Shown in pieces: positions 1 to 10,399 of a stretch of DNA of 64,000 bases (within the stretch, counting starts at the first letter, position 1; each line of letters starts with the position of its first letter). Below the pieces are notes generated by a model that did not search any database, was not told the origin of the DNA, and was given only the letters and a program-made list of their open reading frames with translations. The position numbers and the translations under genes are program-made. This stretch comes from Octopus sinensis (lineage: Eukaryota), in assembly GCF_006345805.1 (NCBI RefSeq), contig NC_043014.1, positions 30,318,001 through 30,382,000 on the forward strand, read 5' to 3'.

Positions 1-1040
1 GTGGGGCCCTGATCAATTTAGATCAGTCGGAAGCTTTTGATGGGGTAGACCATTGCTACTTGGAAGCTGTCCTTAAAGTGACTGGTTTTGGACCTGTTTT
101 CAGAGGCTGGATTGCTGCAATGCACAACAGCACCTGCTCGGTGGTCAAAGTAAATGGCCATCTATTGGAACTGTTTAGTATTGCACATTCAGTCCATCAG
201 GGCTGCCCGCAGTCACCTCTCCTGTATGTGCTGGTTCTCGAGCCACTACTATGGACATTGGAACAGTTAAGAGGCTTCTTTTGAAATTGAACTTGGGAGG
301 GCAGTGTCTGCATATGCAGACAATATCACCATCATAGTGTTGGATGCCTCCAAAGTGGAGATGGTCAGCCCCATTGCAAAGGAATATGAGTCTCTTGCAG
401 GGGCTAAAACCAATGCCAACAAGTTGGTGGGTTTGTGACTGGGCACCTGAAGAGGCAGATTGATGTTGTCGGACACTGGACTGGCAGACCAGTTTAACAG
501 TTCAGGGTCTGGTTTGGTCCCGACCTCCAGGTGGATAGGACTTGGGAAGTGATGATGAACAGGGTGACCTCTCTTACACAGAAATAGGTAGAGGGGAAGT
601 TGTCCCTAAAGGTCGAGCAGAATGGCAAATGCCTACACTGCCTCTATCATTATTTATCATCTGACCGTCATGCCTTGCCCCAATTACTGCTCGATTAGAC
701 AGGAGTGTATCTTGTTTATTTTCTTGTAGAAGGGACATGTTCCAATGGTCAGGCGGTTGGTCTGCTGCCAACTTCCTTTGCATGGCAGCTTAGTAATACC
801 ATGGCTTTTAATGCGCAGACACACACTCAGGTTGCACCACCTACATTGATTTTTAGAAGGTGAACATGTGTGGGCACCATTTGTGAGACACGCTTTTCTG
901 CAGCTCGTCTCCTTGACGAAGTTGCAGTCCTGGGTAGAGGATAGGCCAACACTGGGCACCTGGCACTTAGAATGTCATCAGGTGCTCACTGTCCTCTACA
1001 AGTTGGGCAATAGGATGGGTGGATGTTCCACTTTAGATAT
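1..1040 (+). mobile_element. Degenerate L1/Tx1-type LINE reverse transcriptase fragment
   Basis: DQSEAFDGVDH...GFGPVFRGWI...VNG...VHQGCPQSPLLYVLVLEPLL, then VSAYADNI (YADD-like), with stops and frameshifts. Confidence 0.75.
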
Positions 1041-1490
1041 TTACAGAGGATTAGTAGTGGAGAACTTTATATTTAGCAATGGGTCAACTCCAAGTAAAAG
1101 TAAAAGTATGAAAACAACTATACTTCAAAAAGGATTGTCCTTTTGCCTGAGGAATTTATCCCAGAAAGAGATTGCAGTGATAGGAATAGGGATCAGAAAG
1201 GAGTTGGAAACCACCAAGGCAGGAACAAATATAAAAAAGAGCCTCTTAAGAACAACACATATGCTACAGAGGGTGGGAGAAGCAAAGTTAAACACAGCAG
1301 ACTTTGAATTAAGCACATGGAGAGATGAGACTAGATGCTTAGAGCATTTAGTCTGGTGCTCTGTCAACTTACCACTTTTGTAAAATTGCTCTTTTTTTTT
1401 TAACAAGTTTGGAATGGTGTTATTAACAGAAAAATAAGCTTCTGCAAAAAAAAAATAATAAATAAATAAAACAGAAATTTAAAAAAGTAC

Positions 1491-1559
1491 CTTAAACTCT
1501 TCAAAAAATACTTTGTGATTTTTTAAGAATTTAGCCCTTCTTTCTTCAAAATCTTTTTC
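1491..1559 (-). CDS. CEP164: Host gene exon 12: EKDFEERRAKFLKNHKVFFEEFK (gene continues beyond the left edge)
   Basis: cttttgtag|GAA ... AAG|gtactt, 69 nt, phase 0-0. Confidence 0.8.
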
Positions 1560-2323
1560 CTACAAAAGAATGAACAGGGAAATCATAAAGTGAATAAAAA
1601 AGGAGGCATATGTCATTCTTTCTATCTTTCATCTTTTACTTGTTTCAGTAATTTGACTGCAGCCATGCTGGGGCACTGCCTTGAATTGTCTTTTAGTTGT
1701 ACAAATTGACTCCAGGACTTTTTTTTTTTAAGCTTATTGATATCTTTTTGCCAAACTGCTAAACTACAGGGATGTAAACACAACAACACTGGTAATCAAG
1801 CAGTGGTGGGGGCTGAAAACAGACACAAAGACACACACACACACACATATATGTGCTATTATGTTAAACTGTTGTATGTCTAAATTTGGCCAAATACGTT
1901 TTTTTCAATATTTATTTTTGCTTGCAAAAGCTGTTTTTTTTTCTTTTATGGTCAAACTATCGTATCTCCATCTGCATCGGATGCCAAGATATCAAAAATT
2001 GTCAAAATGTAGTGCAACGGTTTTGCTATGGAATGGGGAAACTATTTTTTCGCTTTCTGAAAAAAGCAACATTTTGGACTTATGACACTTTTGCATAATA
2101 GCAATGATATATATATATGACGGGTTTCTTTCAATTTCCGGCTACCAGATCCACTCACAAGGTTTTTGTTAGTCCAAGGCTATAGTAGAAGACACTTGTC
2201 CAAGGTACTATGCAGTGAGACTAAATCCCAAACCATGTGGATGGGAAACAAGCTTCTTACCACACAGCTATGCATTTTATGTCAGCCCAAATATTTCTTG
2301 AGTAGAATCAAAATGATACCGAC

Positions 2324-2407
2324 CTTTCTGGCTAATTCCTCTGTAGACTGCTCCAGTTCCTCTCTTTGCTTTTGAAGATTAACAAGCTTTTCTCTTAAAG
2401 ACGCATT
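2324..2407 (-). CDS. CEP164: Host gene exon 11: NASLREKLVNLQKQREELEQSTEELARK
   Basis: catttcag|AAT ... AAG|gtcggt, 84 nt, phase 0-0; inside ORF 2282..2485(-). Confidence 0.85.
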
Positions 2408-2679
2408 CTGAAATGTAAAACACAAAAAAATTAGTAAGGCATTCAACAAAAGTTTAAAAGACATTAAATGTAATATAAAATACATCCTTGGGTAATAGCA
2501 CTAAAAAAGCAATTTTTATCACAAGACATGAAAATATAGGGTAAATTAAATATCTTGTCTAAGAATTACAATGAGCTGAGAGTGAAATACTATCAAGTTA
2601 AGGTATGGGAGTCATGTGTCTGACAACTCTATCCAACATAATTGAAAATAATAATACAATTTGGCAGATTTGCATATCA

Positions 2680-3165
2680 TCATCATCATCATTTAGCGTC
2701 CGCTTTCCATGCTAGCATGGGTTGGACGGGTCAACTGGGGTCTGTGAAGCTGGAAGGCTTCGTCAGGCCCAGTCAGATCTGGCAGTGTTTCTACGGCTGG
2801 ATGCCCTTCCTAACGCCAACCACTCCGCGAGTGTAGTGGGTGTTTTTTACGTGCCACCTACACAGGTGCCAGACAGAGCTGGCGAACGGCCACGAACGGA
2901 TGGTGCTTTTACGTGTCACCGGCACGGGGCCAGGCGATGCTGGCAACGGACACGAACGGATGGTGCTTTTACGTGCCACTGACACGGGGCCAGACAGAGC
3001 TGGCAAACGGCCACGAACGGACGGTGCTTTTATGTGTCACCGGCACGGGGGCCAGCCAAGGCTGACAATGAACACAAACGGATGGTGCTTTTATGTGCCA
3101 CCGACATGGGGCCAGACAGAGCTGGCAAACGGCCACGAACGGACGGTGCTTTTACGTGTCTCTTA
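2680..3165 (+). repeat. Dispersed repeat family starting (CAT)n-ttagcgtccgctttccatgc, with an internal array of roughly 60-bp units
   Basis: Head shared with 43975-44120 (+) and 61660-61830 (-); the unit gtgcca..cagagctggcaaacggccacgaacggatggtgctttt recurs about 5 times. Confidence 0.75.
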
Positions 3166-3854
3166 AAATGGGTGGAGGCACATGGTCTACTGGTTAGAGT
3201 AGTGGACTCGTGGTTGAGGGATCGCAGGTTCGAATCTCAGACTGGGCAATGTGTGTGTTTATGGGCGAAACACCTAAGCTCCACACAGATCCGGCAGAAG
3301 GTAATGGCAAACTTCTGCTGACTCTTTTGCCACAACTTTCTCTCACTCTTTCCTCCTGTATCTTGCAGCTCACCTGTGATGGACTGGCGTCCTGTACAGG
3401 TGGGGAACCTATACGCCAAGGAAACCAGGAAACCAGCCCTTATGAGCCTGGCATGGCTCAAGAAGGAGCAAATATCTTAAAATAGAAGGACACATAGGAG
3501 AATATAGTCCTAACTACACTATGTTTGAGAAAGAGATTAGCCTGTCTTTGACCTTAGACCTGCTTGATCTAGATTAACCTGGAGTTAATAAAAAGCGAAT
3601 AACTATATAAGAGTCAAGGTGGCAAGCTGGCAGAATCATTATTGAGAAGGGCAAAATGCGTCGTAGCATTTTGTCCATCTTTATGTTCTGAGTTTAAATT
3701 CTGCCAAGGTCATTTTTGTCTTTCATCCTTTTGTGGGGTCAATAAAATAAGTACCAGCTGAACACTTGAGTCGATGTAAGTCCTAAATTGCTGGCCTTGT
3801 GCCAAAATTTGAAACCAATAATTATATAGGTATCATGATTGTAATAAAACCAAC

Positions 3855-3998
3855 TTCTAATGCATTCTGTTTTTCTATTTTCTCTCTTTCTGCTGTTAGT
3901 TCCTTCTTCAGACTTGCCATTTTCTGCTGCATTTCTTCTCTCATCTCTTTTTGTTTGGCACTAAGTTTCTCAGCAAAGTTTTTTCTCTCCTGTTTCTC
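3855..3998 (-). CDS. CEP164: Host gene exon 10: EKQERKNFAEKLSAKQKEMREEMQQKMASLKKELTAEREKIEKQNALE
   Basis: ctttcttag|GAG ... GAA|gttggt, 144 nt, phase 0-0. Confidence 0.85.
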
Positions 3999-5175
3999 CT
4001 AAGAAAGTAAAAGAGAAAACATGATATACAAATGAAAATGAACCATTGAGAAACTCTACCACTCTACATAGGCACAGGTTTGACTGTGTGGTAAGAATTT
4101 TGCTTCCCAACCAAATAGGTCTGGGTTCAGTCCTACTGCATGGCACCTTGGGCAATTGTCTTCTAACTATAGCCTTGGGTCGACCAAAGCCTTGTGAGTG
4201 GATTTGGTAGATAGAAACTGAAAGAAACTCATCATATATATGCCAAAGCTAACCCCACCTGTGCTAGTGCCATGTAAAAAGTACTGAGTCCACTCTGTAG
4301 AGTGGTTGGTGTTAGGAAGAGCGTCTAGCCATAAAAGTTCTTCTAAAACAGACACAGCATCCTGGGGTAGTCTTCTACCTTGCAAGCTCCTGTCAACTGT
4401 CCTACCCATGAATGCATGGAAAACAAACGTTAAACAGTGATGATGATACACACACACACACACACACACATACATATGTGTGTGTGTGTGTGTCTGTCTG
4501 TTTGTCCCCTACATTGCTTGGCAAGTGGTGCTGGTGTGTTTACATCCCGTAATTTAGTGGTTCTACTAAAGCAATTGATAGAATAAGTACCAGGTTTTAA
4601 AAAATCAAAAGTACTAGGATTGATGCAATTGACTAAAATTTCTCCAAGACAGTGCCCCCATATGGCCACAGTCAAGTAACTGAAACAAGTAAAAGATAAA
4701 ACTAATTCTACATATGGCATGGAAGCAAATAACCAAATATTTGAACATACCAAATATGTTGAACATACCAAAGTTTGCTTTCTTCTGAATATTACTGTTA
4801 ATATCACAACTTAATGAAACAAAATTAACTTCATTCTTCTCCATTTCCATTAAATGTACACTCACTGTCTCTATTTCACACTTCATACATAACCCACATG
4901 TAGTCTGTGTTCTAAATAAATAAATTTTACATAATTTTTGTTCTACATATATAAGACCTACATAGATTATGTTCTACACACACACACACACATAAATATA
5001 TGAAGTGTACAGTATTATATCTCCATTATATAAGGCTGATTTTATCAATTGGTTTTGCACAAGGTGTTAAACTAAATGTTAAATAACAGTTCAACTGTGT
5101 AACCCTACACTCATCAGAGCCGGCAATTATGGAGAAAATATGGTGACCGTTATATATGTATATGTGATGTGGTGT

Positions 5176-5207
<32 letters not shown>

Positions 5208-5615
5208 GAGTAGTTGACTAAATAATCTCCAATGATTTGTGAACTGTATATATAAACTTTATATAGTCTATATTCTACATATAAAATTTCATACTGACTG
5301 TGTTCTACATATAAAGCTAGAAATAGCAGCAGTTATAGTAATAACAGAGTAGCAGGGAAACTGATTTCTGACAAGGTCAGTCATTTTGGAAGGAAGGTAT
5401 AGTCAATTAGATGAACCCTAGTATTTATCTGGTACTTATTTCATCGAACCCAGAAGCAAGGAAAGCAAAGTTAACATCATGATGGGATTTGACATAGTGT
5501 TAACAAAAAACAAAATTTGATTATGAATTTAAATTCATTACAACAGCTACATGGGCCACATGTAGCTTTTACAAGATTCTGAAGAGTAAGATTTAGTTTC
5601 AAATCTTTAGTTTAC

Positions 5616-5738
5616 CTTCTCTTTAAAGTCCTCTTTGAGCTTTTCAAGAAGTTTTTCATGTTTTGCCTCAATTTCTTTGGTTTCTGCTTGATGTTTCTCT
5701 TTCAGACTTTGGCGACGTTGTTGAAGAATATCTTCAAG
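5616..5738 (-). CDS. CEP164: Host gene exon 9: LEDILQQRRQSLKEKHQAETKEIEAKHEKLLEKLKEDFKEK
   Basis: ctcctacag|CTT ... AAG|gtaaac, 123 nt, phase 0-0. Confidence 0.85.
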
Positions 5739-5863
5739 CTGTAGGAGCAATGGAAGATTTCATAAGGTGAAAAATTGAACATATGCATGAATATATATGT
5801 ACACATACACATGTGTGTGTGTATGTGCTTTTGCGTCTGTGCTTGTCCCCATATATACTGAGT

Positions 5864-6100
5864 GGAGGCGCATGTCTTAGTGGTTAGGATATCGGACTCA
5901 TGAATGTAAGATTGTAGTTTCGATTTCCCAACTGGGCAACACATTGTCTTCTTGAGCTTCATTTCACATTGCGGCAGTCTATTCAGCTGTTGAAAATGAG
6001 TAATACTGTGATAGACTGGCGTCCCATTCAGGTTGGGAATATATATGCTGTGAAACCGGGAAACTGGCCTTTATAAGTTGGCATGACTTGAGAGGGTAAC
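5864..6100 (+). mobile_element. Third tRNA-derived SINE family (also about 3172-3470, 9940-10230, 28465-28620)
   Basis: ggaggcgcatg.cttagtggttagg ... gtttcgattcc ... tcttgagc ... tttcac.ttgc. Confidence 0.65.
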
Positions 6101-6299
6101 TAGCTTTACCATACATACTGAGAGGTTGACTCAGTTCTACATTACCTACTATCATAGATACAGATGCATAGAGTCAGACTCTGACTCCATACATGTGAAG
6201 ACATGCCAACAAAACTTTGAGTAATGAGCTGAATGAACCTGTAATTAAATACTTAAACTCTAACTACACATGTTGAGTGCTACTTTCTTTCATGTATAT

Positions 6300-6604
6300 A
6301 AATTTATTTATTTAGATAGAAAAATAATTATACAAATAAGGATACACATCACAGAATGACAAAATGGAACAAGCAGAACAAGAAGAATCACATGGGATAA
6401 AGTCATTGAATAGATCACAGAATGTGTAGTGAAAGAACTTTGACAAAGAAGCGAAAATAATAGTAATAAAGCTGAAGGGAAGAACAAATATATAATATAT
6501 AATGCATGTGTTTAATTGACAAAGTGTGACCTTCGCCAAGTATAACAATATCTGTTTCAATACACTATTTTACATCAAGAATTTTACAACACAAATACAT
6601 AAAC
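6300..6604 (+). mobile_element. Older, diverged copy of the same Penelope pseudo-LTR
   Basis: atcacagaatgtgtagtgaaagaactttgac resembles gtcacaggagtgtgacgaaagaactttggc; tataacaatatctgtttcaa at 6541 equals 9106. Confidence 0.65.
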
Positions 6605-6696
6605 ATATATGTGTGTGTGTGTGTGTATACACACACATACATATATAAATATATATATATACACATACATTTACTGATATATATATACACACATAC

Positions 6697-6733
<37 letters not shown>

Positions 6734-6736
<3 letters not shown>

Positions 6737-6880
6737 TGGAGTAAACACATAAATGTGAAACAAGGTGGAAAAAAGAGAACTCAAATACCAGAGGTAGAGT
6801 AATATGCTTTATTTAAAAGCAGCAGAAATTAACAAAAGCTGTTACTCGGAGTTTCACGTTCCCGTTCGTTGGACAGTTTT
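6734..6880 (-). repeat. Short hammerhead-bearing repeat (PLE pLTR or retrozyme-like); related rearranged copy at 9193-9357
   Basis: 6734-6813 is the reverse complement of 9277-9357; 6808-6865 aligns directly with about 9193-9252; embedded in (TA)n. Confidence 0.6.
6839..6876 (-). ncRNA. Candidate minimal type I hammerhead ribozyme (second family), mutated core
   Basis: CUGU-CCAACGA-ACG(GGAA)CGU-GAA-ACUCCGAGU-A-ACAG: helix I CUGU/ACAG, GUA cleavage triplet, near-palindromic helix III. Confidence 0.6.
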
Positions 6881-6883
6881 TAA

Positions 6884-6949
<66 letters not shown>

Positions 6950-7063
6950 ATATTTCGGAATGGTCATATTGCCAGTTTAGCCAATAAAAACACACGCACT
7001 ATATATTTGGTGTTATTTTGCTTCAGTGATATTTATTTTTTACATTAATCTTAATCTTATTTC

Positions 7064-7108
7064 GGCCAAAGTTCTTTCGTCACACTCCTGTGACCGCATC
7101 AGTGGTCC
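7064..7108 (-). ncRNA. Candidate divergent type I hammerhead ribozyme in the Penelope pLTR (identical copy at 62232-62276)
   Basis: GGACCA-CUGAUGCG-GUCAC(AGGAGU)GUGAC-GAA-AG(AA)CU-U-UGGCC; helices I and II pair, but the core has C at position 9 plus one extra nucleotide. Confidence 0.5.
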
Positions 7109-7621
7109 TTTGTTTTCTTCTCACTTACTTGTGTCTCTCCTTACTAACCGTCAGCCATTTTATATTTCTATTGTATGTCTTCATTTGCGCATGTTTATAT
7201 CTCTATGTGCGTCTATGTTTATTTAGTGTGTGTGTGGGGGGGATGCCTGTAATATTTGTATCTTCTGGTTATATACATTCTTGTAATTTGTATTTTGTTT
7301 TTGTTGTTGTTGCTTTTGTTCTAATTTTGTTCATGTGTTTACATCCACCCATTATTATCATTACATATGCTTGTATGTATGTATAACAACAATATTAGTA
7401 ATAATAATAATAAATCTAATCGAAAAAAAAAAAAAAAGGAATATACATATACATATATATATATACATACACATACATATACATATATATATATATACAT
7501 ATACACACACATATATACACATATACATATACATATATATACACATATACATATATATAGATATTCATTTCTATTTCTTTAATTACCTGTGTATTTATTA
7601 TGTTTGCAGGATCCACTATTG

Positions 7622-8968
7622 TCATATGTTGTGGTGTGCGCTATTGCTCCATTCTAGTTTTCTATTCAGGCTAGGTTTATTTTCTATTATATGTGTAGCT
7701 TCTGTAATTTGTCTAATTGTTGCATCTGTTCTATGTGTGGACAATATCTTAATCTCTATGTTATTGATTGATCCCCCGTGTTCTTGTTCGGCGTGTTGGT
7801 ACAGAATCGATGAGCTTTTACCTTCCTTGAGTTGTCTCCAATGTTCATTCACCCGCTCACCAATGCTTCTTGCAGTTTCCCCTACGTATGTTACTGTCTT
7901 GTTACTGCATCGTCCCTCTATACATCTTATACTATAGACCACATTTCTGGCTTTACAGTTCGTTTGTGGGCTAAATCTACATACAGTGCAATAGTTATCC
8001 GTACAGAGAGTTCTACTAAAAGGATAGCTTCTACCAATTATAGATCTGATAGGGTTGCCTGGCTTTTCAACAACCTTAATTCTTAGTTTAAGTTTATCTA
8101 GGGTCCTTCTAAAGCGGTACGCTAGTTCACCTCCAGGGGTGGTGTCAACGAACATGACACTCTGGTATTTATGGCTATCATACCAAGAGTTGGCCTTCCC
8201 TATTTTCTTTTTTGTCCTTTCTATAGTGTTCCATGACTTGTTCCTATAGAGTGGGCAAATCCCATTCCTATCATTACATAATATATTATCAAATTTCTTC
8301 ATGGCTCCTTTGTATACTCTGATCCTTTCTTTATGGCTGTAACCTGAGAACTGCATGCGGTGAATGAAGTACTGTATGTGTCTCTATAATTCTGTAGGCT
8401 CGCACATGCGTGACACATTTCTCATTATTCTGACGAGGTCTGCCATCAAAATATTGAATTTGGCATTGCCCGCAATGGCTGAGTTCCGGTGGATCAGGTA
8501 TTTTGAGGCCATAGGTTTTGCATAGTATGAATGAAGGATTTGGGTTTTATTTTTCACAATTTCTAGCCAGAGTTCAGTGTCTAGTACTGGTAGTCTATGG
8601 TTGGGGTGTTTAGTGGGGTAGTCTATTGTGACCTTAATACTCTGGTGGATGGAGTTAGCTATTTGCTGGATGCTCTCCATAGTATTAGTTTCTATTACTA
8701 TATCAACAGTACTCTCTTGTGGGGGTGCCTTTACTACTATATTGATATCATCAACATAGCGAGAGTACATGTTTACGAGTATGGATTTCTGCAGTAGGCA
8801 TTCTTTAAGCCTTCTGTCCCACCATACCATGAAGAGGTTGGCCACATCACCAGCGATACTAACACCGATGGCTGCCCCCTCGTCCTGGGCATATATTTTA
8901 TTATTAAATTTAAATGTGTGGCCTTTTAGGGTAACTCTTATACTAGCTCCTAGTGCATGTGCGATCAC
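7622..8968 (-). pseudogene. Penelope RT + GIY-YIG endonuclease ORF remnant interrupted by one in-frame TAG (8384-8386)
   Basis: ORFs 8384..8968 and 7622..8356 are in the same frame; plus-strand cta at 8384-8386 reads TAG. Confidence 0.88.
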
Positions 8969-9445
8969 AGGAGTGTGACGAAAGAACTTTGGCCGAAATA
9001 AGATTAAGATTAATGTAAAAAATAAATATCACTGAAGCAAAATAACACCAAATATATAGTGCGTGTGTTTTTATTGGCTAAACTGGCAATATGACCATTC
9101 CGAAATATAACAATATCTGTTTCAACACACGACTTCACATAAAAAATCTTGCACAACAAATATTTAAACGTATATATATATATATATATATACTTTATTG
9201 ATAAGCTGCAAAAACATCACAAAAACTGTTTTTCAGAGCTTCATGTTCCCGAGTGCGATGTTTTTAAAGCTTTATTAATAAAGCATATTACTCTACCTCT
9301 GGTATTCGAGTACTATTTTTTTACAACTTGTTTCACATTTATGTGCTTACTCTGGTATATATATATATAAGCACACACACACACATACAGATATGGTATA
9401 TAGAACAATAAATGGTATACACATAGAAACTGAAGTGTCACAAAC

Positions 9446-9565
9446 CTCACGGTTAAGATGTTCAACAGCATTTTGTTGTATTTTAGACATTTTTATTTTC
9501 TCTGTTTCCATTATGCTACTTTCTTCATGCAAACTTTCTTGAGAATTTAGTGACTGCATTAACTC
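9446..9565 (-). CDS. CEP164: Host gene exon 8: ELMQSLNSQESLHEESSIMETEKIKMSKIQQNAVEHLNRE
   Basis: aactgtag|GAG ... GAG|gtttgt, 120 nt, phase 0-0; overlaps ORF 9347..9559(-). Confidence 0.8.
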
Positions 9566-10399
9566 CTACAGTTAAGTAGTAATAAAGTAGAAATAATTAA
9601 CTTTTACAGTTCTCCACTCACTGACTCTATTCTGTTGGATGGATGTATGTATCTGTATACTGACTCAGCTGTATGTTCGCTAAGCTGCTTATTGTCCTCT
9701 GTGTATTTGTATATGATACAGCTAACATGATTTTTGCCAAAACTTGTGTCAGACACCAAAAGTATATTTGGTCTTTTTAGTCCAAACAATAACAGACTGA
9801 AATCCAATCTGTTGGATGGTAGAATTGGAAGAGTACTAGACAAAATACTTTGTGATATTTGGCTGCGTCTCTTTACATTCTGATTTCAGATCTTGCTTTC
9901 ACTTTTCAGAGATCAATAAAAAATAAAGCAGTCAGGCTCACAATCATGAGGTAGTGAGTTTGATTCCTGAACCAGGCAGTGTGTTGTGTTCTTCAGCAAG
10001 ACACTTTATTTCATATTGCTTCAGTTCTCTCAGCTGTAGAAATGAGCTGCAACATCACTGGTGCCAAGCTGTATGGGCCTTTGCCTTTCCCTTGGATAAG
10101 ATCAGTGATGTGGAGAGGGTAGGCTGATATGCAAGGGTAACTGCTGGTCTTCCATAAACAAACTTGCCTGGACTTGTGCCTCAGAGAGGAACATTTTTGG
10201 TGTCATCCCATGTTCAGTCATGATTGAAGGGGGTCTTAACGCTTTACCCTAATTGATAAAATAAGCACTGGGATTAGTATAATTGATTATACCCTAGAAG
10301 GGTGTGCCTCAGCTAGGCCACTGTCCAATGAATGAAACTATTTAAGAATAAAAATATATTGCATATTGCAGTTAAACTCTTGAGGTGATCAGCCTTAAC

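Larger units (their letters stand above)
6942..9170 (-). mobile_element. 5'-truncated Penelope-like retroelement (probably Neptune/Nematis-type) with inverted pseudo-LTRs
   Basis: RT motifs (QDEGAAIGVSIAG, SRYVDD), a Cys-rich linker (CTDNYCTVC..C) and a C-terminal GIY-YIG nuclease (VVYSIRC...TYVGETARSIGERVNEH). An inverted repeat of about 155 bp links 6942-7098 and 8962-9116; both ends abut (TA)n. Confidence 0.9.

Noticed and set aside
3172-3250. tRNA gene
   Set aside because: This is the tRNA-like head of a SINE; there is no complete cloverleaf and it continues into SINE body
7335-7937. 200-aa plus-strand ORF
   Set aside because: Microsatellite sequence plus the antisense strand of the Penelope ORF; no independent coding signal
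8384-8386. Selenocysteine readthrough in the Penelope ORF
   Set aside because: The codon is TAG, not TGA, and it replaces no obvious Cys
9604-9843. ORF next to exon 8 as an extra exon
   Set aside because: No phase-compatible splice pair, and exons 7 and 8 already join in phase
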